NCBI GenBank assembly: GCA_020631175.1
Contig: JAHDHT010000012.1
Location: 4,494 to 36,748 of the forward strand
Origin: Chitinophagales bacterium
GTDB lineage: Bacteria; Bacteroidota; Bacteroidia; Chitinophagales; JAHDHT01
DNA length: 32,255 bases
Reading direction: 5' to 3'
The notes beneath the pieces are model-generated. The model was given only the letters and a program-made list of their open reading frames with translations. It made no database searches and had not been told where the DNA came from. Made by a program: the position numbers and the translations under genes. Shown here piece after piece: positions 12,844 through 21,179 of the stretch; position 1 is the stretch's first letter; every line of letters begins with the position of its first letter.

Positions 12844-13461
12844 ATGTTAGAAGCTTTAAATATATTTATTCAATCCGCATTCATCGAAAATATGGTATTA
12901 GCCTATTTCCTTGGGATGTGTTCTTTTCTTGCTGTTTCGAAAACGGTTAAAACAGCTTTTGGTCTTGGTCTTGCAGTAATCTTTGTATTAGCGATGACAA
13001 CTCCAATCAACTGGGCGATAAAAAACTTCTTCTTAAATGAAGGTGCATTAGCCTGGATAAATCCTGCATGGGCAGATGTTGATCTTAACTTTTTAGGCTT
13101 AATTATTTACATCGCCGTTATTGCATCATTTGTGCAACTTGTTGAAATGATTGTAGAACGTTTCTTCCCTGCACTTTATACTTCTTTAGGTATTTTCCTT
13201 CCATTAATTACAGTTAACTGTTCTATTCTTGGTGGAACTTTATTTATGATTACTAAAGAGTATAATTTCTGGCAATCTATTCCTTACGGTTTAGGTTCAG
13301 GATTTGGGTTCTTCCTTGCAATTGTTGCTTTAGCAGCAATTAGAGAAAAATTAAGATATAGTGCGGTACCCGCACCGTTACGTGGTCTTGGTATAGCTTT
13401 TATCATTACCGGATTAATGGGTATTGCATTCATGAGTTTTATGGGAATTAAAATCTCATAA
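12844..13461 (+). CDS. nqrE: Na+-NQR subunit E
   Basis: RnfA/NqrE-type protein: 'ENMVLAYFLGMCSFLAVS', 'GIFLPLITVNCSILGG'. Confidence 0.95.
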   Translation: MLEALNIFIQSAFIENMVLAYFLGMCSFLAVSKTVKTAFGLGLAVIFVLAMTTPINWAIKNFFLNEGALAWINPAWADVDLNFLGLIIYIAVIASFVQLVEMIVERFFPALYTSLGIFLPLITVNCSILGGTLFMITKEYNFWQSIPYGLGSGFGFFLAIVALAAIREKLRYSAVPAPLRGLGIAFIITGLMGIAFMSFMGIKIS

Positions 13462-13510
13462 ATCAAACTTTAATAAATTGAAACTGTTTATTCAATAAAA
13501 GAAATTATAG

Positions 13511-14806
13511 ATGGTATTAATTAGTAGTCTTGTCTTTTTAATAATAATGTTATCTCTTGTAGGCTTATTACTTTTTGCTAAGTCTAAATTGGTTCCTTCA
13601 GGTGATGTCACCTTGGTCATTAATGGTGATGATGCGAATCCTGTTGTAACAAAACCGGGAGATACACTTTTAACAGCCTTATCTGAACAAAACTTATTCC
13701 TTCCTTCTGCTTGTGGAGGAGGTGGTACATGCGCTATGTGCTTATGCCAGGTGACAGAAGGCGGCGGAGATGTTTTGCCGACAGAAATGAATCACTTAAC
13801 CAGAAAAGAAGCTAAAGAACATTGGAGATTGGCTTGTCAGGTAAAAGTGAAAAACGATATGAAAGTTCAGGTGCCTGAAGAGGTATTTGGAATTAAAAAA
13901 TGGGAATGTGAAGTAGTCTCTAACTACAACGTTGCCTCTTTTATTAAAGAGTTTGTAGTTAAACTTCCGGAAGGAGAGAGCATGCATTTTGAATCGGGTG
14001 GATATATTCAGATCGATGTACCGAAAATAACGGTGCCCTTCAAGGATATGGATATTTCACCACTTCCTAACGATCCGGCCGGAAAGGATAAATATCAGTC
14101 TGAATGGGATAAATTCCAATTATGGGATTTAGTTATGAAGAATGAAGAAGAGCAATTCCGTGCTTATTCGATGGCTAATCACCCTGCTGAAGGAAATGTT
14201 GTAATCCTTAATATTCGTATTGCAACGCCACCTTGGGATAGAGCTAAAAACACCTGGATGAATGTTAATCCGGGAGTGTGCTCATCATATGTTTTCGGAT
14301 GTAAGCCAGGAGATAAAGTGGTAGTTTCTGGTCCTTATGGTGAATTCTTTATTAAAGAAACCAAAAAAGAAATGGTTTACATTGGTGGTGGTGCCGGTAT
14401 GGCTCCATTAAGATCACACCTTTTCCATTTATTTCACACATTAAAAACTACTGACAGAAAAGTTTCATTCTGGTATGGTGGTAGAACAAGAAGAGAATTA
14501 TTCTATATCGATGAATTCAGAGCCATTGAAAGAGAATTTCCAAACTTCAAATTTTATGTAGCATTAGATAACCCGTTACCGGAAGATAACTGGAATGAAA
14601 AAACTACAATTGAAGAAGAAGGAGATGGTTTCATCGGATATATCATGCCGGTTTGTTATAACATGTATTTAAAAAATCATCCGGAACCGGAAGAAATAGA
14701 ATACTATTTCTGCGGACCTCCTTTAATGAATGCTTCGGTAATTAAAGCATTAGATGAATTAGGTGTACCGGAAGAAAATATTGCCTTTGATGATTTCGGA
14801 GGTTAA
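13511..14806 (+). CDS. nqrF: Na+-NQR subunit F (2Fe-2S ferredoxin + FAD/NADH domain)
   Basis: N-terminal TM helix, 2Fe-2S motif 'CGGGGTCAMCLC...C', FAD motif 'RAYSMAN', and 'GGGAGMAP' NAD(H) loop. Confidence 0.95.
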   Translation: MVLISSLVFLIIMLSLVGLLLFAKSKLVPSGDVTLVINGDDANPVVTKPGDTLLTALSEQNLFLPSACGGGGTCAMCLCQVTEGGGDVLPTEMNHLTRKEAKEHWRLACQVKVKNDMKVQVPEEVFGIKKWECEVVSNYNVASFIKEFVVKLPEGESMHFESGGYIQIDVPKITVPFKDMDISPLPNDPAGKDKYQSEWDKFQLWDLVMKNEEEQFRAYSMANHPAEGNVVILNIRIATPPWDRAKNTWMNVNPGVCSSYVFGCKPGDKVVVSGPYGEFFIKETKKEMVYIGGGAGMAPLRSHLFHLFHTLKTTDRKVSFWYGGRTRRELFYIDEFRAIEREFPNFKFYVALDNPLPEDNWNEKTTIEEEGDGFIGYIMPVCYNMYLKNHPEPEEIEYYFCGPPLMNASVIKALDELGVPEENIAFDDFGG

Positions 14807-15866
14807 AAATATAAGGTCGGCTTTTGCCGGCCTTTTTTCTTGGGGATTATTCTTTAGCTTCTTTTTTATTGGAAGTACCTTTTTGGTTTCATGCAATCAG
14901 AATTATAAAAGAGATGTAAAAATTACGGGTAAAACTATGGGTACTACCTATACCGTTAAATACATTTCAAATGCTGAAAATCAAGTTGAAAAAGAGCAAA
15001 TTGATAAGGTATTAATTGCCGTAAATAAGTCGATGTCAACTTATGATCCCAATTCAACTATTTCAAGAATTAACGAAGACACAGTTTCATGGCATGCATT
15101 AACTTTTAATGACTTCATGTTTAAAGATAATTTTGAACTGTCAGTTAAAATGTTCAATGCAACTAATGGTTATTTTAACCCGGCTATTGGTCCTTTAGTT
15201 GAGTATTGGGGATTTGGACCGGAAAGAAAGAAACCGCAGTCGATAGATCAAAAGCAAATAGATCTTTTAAAACAACGATGTGATTTCAAAAGCATTAGCC
15301 TGGTTAATCTTGAAAACAATTCTTTCATGATAAAAAAGCAACATCCTCAATCTAAATTAGATTTCAATGCAATAGCAAAAGGATACGGAGTTGATAAAGT
15401 TGCTCAATTACTTGAGAAAAATAATATTGAAAGATATATGGTGGAAATAGGTGGAGAGGTTCGATTAAAAGGACTGAACGCCGCAGAAGTACCATGGGCT
15501 ATAGCTGTTTCAAAACCGGAAAAGAAATCCAACCAGATCGAATTAAAAGGTATTCTGAATAATAAAAATACAAGTATAGCTACTTCTGGTAATTATCAGA
15601 ATTATTTAAAGATAGGCGATAAGGATTATGGTCATATAATCAATCCGAATACGGGCATGTCGGAGCAAACAGATTTGTTAAGCGCTACTGTTTTACACGA
15701 GAACTGCGCAGTAGCTGATGCTACTGCTACAGCATGTATGGTAATGGGTTTTGATGCCTGTAAAAGTATGATCGAAAAAAGCCCAAATCTTGAGGCTTAC
15801 TTAATTTATAAAGATTCGGAAGGAACAAACAAGTATTATAAAACAGCCGGTGTTTCAATTCGATAA
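14763..15866 (+). CDS. apbE: FAD:protein FMN transferase (flavinylates NqrB/NqrC), lipoprotein
   Basis: Lipoprotein-type signal '...FFFIGSTFLVSC', 'MGTTYTVKY' at the start of the mature domain, 'FNAIAKGYGVDKV', 'IATSGNYQN', 'HIINPNTG'. Start is ATG 14763 or ATG 14790; both overlap the nqrF 3' end. Confidence 0.85.
   Translation: MYRKKILPLMISEVKNIRSAFAGLFSWGLFFSFFFIGSTFLVSCNQNYKRDVKITGKTMGTTYTVKYISNAENQVEKEQIDKVLIAVNKSMSTYDPNSTISRINEDTVSWHALTFNDFMFKDNFELSVKMFNATNGYFNPAIGPLVEYWGFGPERKKPQSIDQKQIDLLKQRCDFKSISLVNLENNSFMIKKQHPQSKLDFNAIAKGYGVDKVAQLLEKNNIERYMVEIGGEVRLKGLNAAEVPWAIAVSKPEKKSNQIELKGILNNKNTSIATSGNYQNYLKIGDKDYGHIINPNTGMSEQTDLLSATVLHENCAVADATATACMVMGFDACKSMIEKSPNLEAYLIYKDSEGTNKYYKTAGVSIR
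14813..14838 (+). terminator. Intrinsic-terminator-like hairpin 9 nt after the nqrF stop, lying inside the apbE signal-peptide codons
   Basis: aaGGTCGGC-tttt-GCCGGCCtt (7-9 bp stem with one G-U pair) followed by a TTTTTT run. Confidence 0.55.
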
Positions 15867-15935
15867 TACAAAAGCATTATTTGCTTTGATGATTCATTCA
15901 TTTTATAGATTTTTGCAGCGCTTTAAAATAAGCTT

Positions 15936-17033
15936 ATGAGTTTACAATGTGGAATAGTCGGATTACCTAATGTTGGGAAATCCTCTTTATTTAATGCTTT
16001 ATCTAATGCAGGTGCTCAATCTGCAAACTTCCCTTTTTGTACTATAGAACCGAATGTGGGAGTGGTACAAGTTCCTGATGATCGATTAATGGAATTATCC
16101 AATCTGGTTAATCCGCAAAAGATTATCCAAACTACTGTTGAAATAGTAGATATTGCCGGACTCGTTAAAGGAGCTAGTAAGGGAGAAGGCTTAGGTAATC
16201 AGTTTCTTGGAAATATTAGGAATACAGATGCAATTGTACATGTTGTAAGGTGTTTCGATGATGATAATATTGTTCATGTTGATGGCTCTGTTGATCCGGT
16301 AAGGGATAAAGAGGTAATTGACATGGAACTTCAGTTAAAGGATCTGGAATCTTGCGAAAAAGCTATTGATAAGTACAAAAGAGCTGCAAAGGGAAATGAT
16401 AAAATGGCAATTAAAGGAATTGAAGTTCTTGAAACTGTCAAAAATCATTTAGAAAATGGTAAATCCGCACGTACAGCTCCTGTTGATGAAGACTATTGGC
16501 ACTACATTGATGAATTAGATTTACTTACGGTAAAACCTGTATTATATGTTTGTAATGTAGATGAAGCAAGTGCAAAAGATGGAAATGAATATTCAAAACT
16601 TCTAATTGAAGCGGTTAAAGATGAACCTGCGGAAGTATTAATCGTTTCTGTTGGAATTGAATCAGAAATTGCCCAATTAGAAACGCTTGAAGAACGAATG
16701 GAATTTCTTCAGGAGTTAGGTCTGGAAAAGGGCGGGGTAGAGCGATTAATTCAGGCTTGCTATAAACTCTTAAATCTAATAACATACTTCACTGCCGGCG
16801 AAAAAGAAGTAAGAGCATGGACGATTACAAAAGGAACAGCTGCACCTCAAGCAGCCGGAGTAATTCACACTGATTTTGAAAAGGGATTTATTAGAGCAGA
16901 AGTTATCAATTACAACGATTATGTAAGTCTTGGCTCTGAATCTGTTTGCAGAGAAGCTGGAAAAATCGCCGTAGAAGGAAAAGAGTACATTGTTAAAGAT
17001 GGTGATGTTATGCACTTCAGATTTAACGTTTAA
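15936..17033 (+). CDS. ychF: Ribosome-binding/redox-regulated ATPase YchF
   Basis: '[17 protein letters not shown]' P-loop, '[12 protein letters not shown]', C-terminal '[17 protein letters not shown]'. Confidence 0.95.
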   Translation: MSLQCGIVGLPNVGKSSLFNALSNAGAQSANFPFCTIEPNVGVVQVPDDRLMELSNLVNPQKIIQTTVEIVDIAGLVKGASKGEGLGNQFLGNIRNTDAIVHVVRCFDDDNIVHVDGSVDPVRDKEVIDMELQLKDLESCEKAIDKYKRAAKGNDKMAIKGIEVLETVKNHLENGKSARTAPVDEDYWHYIDELDLLTVKPVLYVCNVDEASAKDGNEYSKLLIEAVKDEPAEVLIVSVGIESEIAQLETLEERMEFLQELGLEKGGVERLIQACYKLLNLITYFTAGEKEVRAWTITKGTAAPQAAGVIHTDFEKGFIRAEVINYNDYVSLGSESVCREAGKIAVEGKEYIVKDGDVMHFRFNV

Positions 17034-17039
17034 AGTAGC

Positions 17040-18155
17040 TTAGCTTAATAACATTAAATCTTTTTTAAATTTATTAGCAAGTTCTTTTAAATAATTACTG
17101 GCATTCGCTATTGCGTCGTCTTTATTTTTTGCAATATCGACAATGCTGTAAATTTTATCTGTATATATCTCTGCCATCTGATCTTCTTTGATCTTATTTA
17201 TTCCGGAAAATAAAATTAGTGGTTTATTATATTGTCTGCATAGTTTAGAAACTCCCGAAATAACTTTACCGTCTAAAGATTGACTGTCAATACAGCCTTC
17301 ACCACTAATGATTAAATCTGCCGATTTAATTTTATCTTCTAATCCGGTTACTTTAGAAATGGCATCAAAACCGTTAACGAGCTTTGCATTAAAAAAAGCA
17401 AGGATGGATGCAGAAACTCCCCCTGCTGCTCCGCATCCATCCATTTGAGAAAGATCGATTCCGACATTATTTTTAATTATGTTGCAATAATGTCGTAAAC
17501 CTGAATCCAGCATTTCGATTTCTTTCTCACTTGCACCCTTTTGTTTTCCATATACATAAGCGGCACCGTTTTCACCGTACAGCTTGTTATTTACATCGCA
17601 TAAAACTTCTATTGAAATTTTTTCTAAATCAAGTTCTGATTGATTATTAATAGAGTCGATAGAAATCAAATTTTCTCCGATAGGTTTTAGTTTTTCTTTT
17701 TCATTATTTAGAAATTCAATTCCAAAAGCATTTGCTAAACCAATTCCACCGTCATTTGTAGCACTCCCTCCAATGAAAAACAATATTTTATCAGCCCCGT
17801 TTAAAATGGCATGTCTGATCATCAACCCCGATCCATTTGTACTTGTATACATAGGATTTCTTTCAGACGGATCTAGTAATACTAAGCCACTTGCCTTAGC
17901 CATTTCAATATAAGCCGTATTATTTTTTTTGTAGTAGTCAGAAGTAATTGGTCTTCCAATCGGGTCTACCGTTTCAACTTTTATTTTATTTAATGCCAAA
18001 AATTTTGATAAGATTTCAATTGAACCATCTCCTCCATCAGCCAGTGGATGACTACTTGTGTCGACACCACCATTCAGAGTTGAAGAGATAATTTCGCAAA
18101 TCTCAAATGCACTTAGTGAACCTTTAAATTTATCCGGAGCAATTAAAATTTTCAT
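17040..18155 (-). CDS. Glycerate kinase (GlxK/GarK family)
   Basis: 'MKILIAPDKFKGSLSA', 'LADGGDGS', 'IGGSATNDGGIG', 'ISGEGCIDSQSLDGKV'. Confidence 0.9.
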   Translation of the reverse strand: MKILIAPDKFKGSLSAFEICEIISSTLNGGVDTSSHPLADGGDGSIEILSKFLALNKIKVETVDPIGRPITSDYYKKNNTAYIEMAKASGLVLLDPSERNPMYTSTNGSGLMIRHAILNGADKILFFIGGSATNDGGIGLANAFGIEFLNNEKEKLKPIGENLISIDSINNQSELDLEKISIEVLCDVNNKLYGENGAAYVYGKQKGASEKEIEMLDSGLRHYCNIIKNNVGIDLSQMDGCGAAGGVSASILAFFNAKLVNGFDAISKVTGLEDKIKSADLIISGEGCIDSQSLDGKVISGVSKLCRQYNKPLILFSGINKIKEDQMAEIYTDKIYSIVDIAKNKDDAIANASNYLKELANKFKKDLMLLS

Positions 18156-18167
18156 TTGATAACTACT

Positions 18168-19733
18168 TTAAAAAAAATAGGGGACACAGAGACTAATTAT
18201 GACTATCAAAATGAAAAAGCCAATTAGTAGTAAAACTTTATTCTTGTCAAACCCTTCTTTGTCAGGTAATAATTCAAATGATACATCTGAGTTTTTATTA
18301 AATAACATGCTTGAAGTAATCGCAACAACCAATGTTACAATTGCGCCAATTGCATTCCACCAAAACCAAAATACACTTGGTACTAATTGCCATAAAATAA
18401 TATTAACACCTACTCCGACAAAAATTCCAAGATTAATACCTCTTGCATTTACTGACTTAATCCCAATAGCAGCAATAAACGTAGCCAATATAGGTCCGTA
18501 AAAAACGGAACCAATTTTATTAATAGCTTCAATTACCGTTTCTGCAATAGAGCCGGTAAAGAAAGCTAATATAATACAGACCAATCCCCAGAATAAAGCA
18601 GTCAATCTGGAAAACAGCATGTAATTTTTGGTGCTTAAATTGCCATTAATGTTAAAGAAATCTTCAACGGAAGCAGCACTTAATGAATTGATCGCACTAC
18701 TTAATGATGACATAGCCGCAGAAAAAATGGCGATTAAAAGAACACCAATTATACCATTTGGTAAATAATCTTTTATAAAAACCGGAATCATCAAATCTGG
18801 TTTATCAGCTGGAATCTGACTGATAAATTCCGGTGTAATTAAAGCGAAGGTTCCAACCACCAAACCCATTAAACAATAAACAAATGTAATGGGGAAGCGA
18901 AGTAATCCATTGAACAATAATGTTTTTTTGACGGTTCCGAGGCTTTGAGCTGAAAAAAGTCTTTGTACCTGACTTTGATCTGTTCCATAATAAGATGCAT
19001 ATAAAAAGAAGCCACCTAATAACATTGGCCAGAAACCAAATTCATCTCCCTTTTGAAGTCCCATTGAACTGAAGTTAACAGCATTTAATCTTGATCGATC
19101 CAAGTTGGCAGTAAAGTTTTCCCATCCTCCCAAATAATAAAGACCGGCAACTAAACATATTACTATTCCGAAAAACAATAAAAACATTTGAATCATGTCT
19201 CCATATACAACAGCTTTCATTCCTCCGACGAGCGAATATATTAATGTAACAAAACCAATAATTACAATAGTTTGCCACATGGGTATATCCATCACGCTTG
19301 TAAGAATAAGCGCAACTGCATAAATCATAACACTTGTTCCGAAGGCGCGGCTGATTTGAAAAACCGCACTTACTATTATTCTGGTAGCTTTACTGAATCG
19401 CCTTTCTAAATAAGCATAAACACTTACAATTCCTGATTTATACATAGGAGGGATGAGGAAAATCATGAGAAACAGCATGGCCAGCGGAACAGCAAATTCA
19501 TAGGTTAACCACATCATACCACCACCGTCTTTTAAACCGACAAATGCAGGTGCAGAAATAAAACTAATTGCTGATAACTGTGTAGCTATAGTACTTAATG
19601 ACAAAGGAAGCCATCCAAAACTTTTACCGCCTAAGAAATAGTCTTTTTTATCTTTGTTTTCACGAAAAGCTAATCCAAGCAATAAAAATCCAACTATATA
19701 AATAAAGATTACAATATAATCGACGTAATTCAT
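18168..19733 (-). CDS. Sodium:solute symporter (SSS) family transporter
   Basis: About 13-14 TM segments, 'YFLGGKSFGW', 'GGMKAVVYGDMIQM'. Lies 12 nt upstream of glycerate kinase and 19 nt downstream of the GH gene. Confidence 0.85.
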   Translation of the reverse strand: MNYVDYIVIFIYIVGFLLLGLAFRENKDKKDYFLGGKSFGWLPLSLSTIATQLSAISFISAPAFVGLKDGGGMMWLTYEFAVPLAMLFLMIFLIPPMYKSGIVSVYAYLERRFSKATRIIVSAVFQISRAFGTSVMIYAVALILTSVMDIPMWQTIVIIGFVTLIYSLVGGMKAVVYGDMIQMFLLFFGIVICLVAGLYYLGGWENFTANLDRSRLNAVNFSSMGLQKGDEFGFWPMLLGGFFLYASYYGTDQSQVQRLFSAQSLGTVKKTLLFNGLLRFPITFVYCLMGLVVGTFALITPEFISQIPADKPDLMIPVFIKDYLPNGIIGVLLIAIFSAAMSSLSSAINSLSAASVEDFFNINGNLSTKNYMLFSRLTALFWGLVCIILAFFTGSIAETVIEAINKIGSVFYGPILATFIAAIGIKSVNARGINLGIFVGVGVNIILWQLVPSVFWFWWNAIGAIVTLVVAITSSMLFNKNSDVSFELLPDKEGFDKNKVLLLIGFFILIVIISLCVPYFF

Positions 19734-19752
19734 ACAATAATATTTAAACTAA

Positions 19753-21069
19753 TTAATCAGCTTGTTTTATAAAATCCATTATACAGGCAGCCGTCCATGA
19801 AAATTCTTTGCCGCCATAACCATTGTTTAAATCAGAAACAACTTTCTTTTGTGATTCAAAATATTCGTAAAAGCCTAATTTATCAACTAACTCGATCAAA
19901 TCATTTTTTACTATCTCAGCGGTTTCTTCGAATCCATAGTTTCTTAGTCCATGATAAATCATCCAATTCATCTGAGGCCATACAGGTCCACGCCAATATC
20001 TTTTCGAATCGAATAATGGAGAGTCAACATCGAAACTCGGACAAATATAATATCCTCGGTTATGAAGATTCTGTAAATACTTATTTAGAATCGATGCTTT
20101 ATTTTGATCTGGTATTCCGGCGTATAAAGCTGTTAATCCACCAATTTCTTTATGTTTAATTTGTTGTTTACCTCTTAAATCATAAGTTACATAACATTCA
20201 ATATCATCATTCCAGAACTTATCGTTGTAAACTTTAATCGATTGTTGATTCCACTCTTCAATTTCAGCAGTGTCAAAATTGAATTTTTTACCTAATTGAA
20301 TTAGGCTGTTATTTGATTTGATCAGAATAGCATTCATTAAAGTATCCTGAATTAGAAAAGGACTTTCCTGAAAAATACCCAATTCGTCATAAGCATATTT
20401 CTTACCCAACTGTAATAAATAAACATATCGATCATATTGATCTGAAGTTGGTCTTTCATCAGTAGGGGCTATGCTTGTATCTCTTCTTTGATAAGCCGGA
20501 ATGTCTTCAGGATTTATATTAATTCTGTTTAAAGATTCATCCCAGATAGGGGAGTTGTCCCGGCCACTTTCCCAAGGGTGGAAAATAAACATTAATCCCT
20601 CCTTTTCCGGATCTCTGTATTTGTATAAAAAACGATGACTGTTTACAATTTTCGGAAAAAGGTGTTTTGCAAATTCAATAATCGAAGAATTATTTTCAAA
20701 TCGATTAACAAGTTGTTCTAAAATAAAACCATGAACAGCAGGTTGAGTAATACCTGAAGTTTTTGGTTTGTTCGGTGCACCATTATTTACATTAGAATCC
20801 CAAAAGTCAAAATTCGGAAAGTATGTTTTTTCATTTTCACTATGAAAAATAATATGCGGCAACATTCCATTTTCCCATTGACCGGAAAATAAAGAATTCA
20901 TTTCACGGATTGCATAGTCAATATCAAACTGACATTGTCCAAGACAAACAAAACCTGAATCCCAATTCCATTGAAAAGGATATAGTTTACTTGTTGGAAT
21001 AGTAAAACCATCCTTCCAGTTTAATCTGAGTATTCGTTCTCCCTCAACTAATAAGTTCTCTTTTTGCAT
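19753..21069 (-). CDS. GH63-like (alpha/alpha)6 glycoside hydrolase; glucosylglycerate/mannosylglycerate hydrolase (GgH/MgH)-like
   Basis: 'LYPFQWNWDSGF', 'WENGMLPHIIF', 'TSGITQPAVHGF', 'HPWESGRDNSPIWD', 'RPTSDQYDRYVYLL', 'YWRGPVWPQMNWM', 'FSWTAACIMDFI' parallel the motifs I recall for characterised GgH/MgH enzymes. The start is moved to ATG 21069 (MQKENLL). The track's 18-codon extension to 21123 is just the translation of a terminator hairpin. Confidence 0.8.
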   Translation of the reverse strand: MQKENLLVEGERILRLNWKDGFTIPTSKLYPFQWNWDSGFVCLGQCQFDIDYAIREMNSLFSGQWENGMLPHIIFHSENEKTYFPNFDFWDSNVNNGAPNKPKTSGITQPAVHGFILEQLVNRFENNSSIIEFAKHLFPKIVNSHRFLYKYRDPEKEGLMFIFHPWESGRDNSPIWDESLNRININPEDIPAYQRRDTSIAPTDERPTSDQYDRYVYLLQLGKKYAYDELGIFQESPFLIQDTLMNAILIKSNNSLIQLGKKFNFDTAEIEEWNQQSIKVYNDKFWNDDIECYVTYDLRGKQQIKHKEIGGLTALYAGIPDQNKASILNKYLQNLHNRGYYICPSFDVDSPLFDSKRYWRGPVWPQMNWMIYHGLRNYGFEETAEIVKNDLIELVDKLGFYEYFESQKKVVSDLNNGYGGKEFSWTAACIMDFIKQAD

Positions 21070-21074
21070 AGATA

Positions 21075-21114
21075 TAAATAAAAAGGGGTAAAAGCATTCG
21101 CAGACTTTTACCCC
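21075..21114 (-). terminator. Intrinsic terminator/attenuator between the TonB receptor and the GH63 gene
   Basis: Perfect 10-bp stem GGGGTAAAAG/CTTTTACCCC (21085-21094 / 21105-21114) with a 10-nt loop. On the minus strand it is followed by TTTTTATTTAT. Confidence 0.65.
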
Positions 21115-21179
21115 TGATTCCAAATTTTATGAAAGTCTACATTTAATTACTCATTTAAAAGTAATTAACCAAACACGAA

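Noticed and set aside
15871-15887. AAAGCA-ttatt-TGCTTT hairpin after apbE, considered as the operon terminator.
   Set aside because: The stem is only 6 bp, mostly A/T, and has no following T-run. That is insufficient to call.
21070-21123. The 18-codon N-terminal extension 'MESGVKVCECFYPFLFIS' of the GH63-like gene.
   Set aside because: The codons coincide exactly with a 10-bp terminator stem-loop and its T-run. The conserved hydrolase sequence starts after M19.
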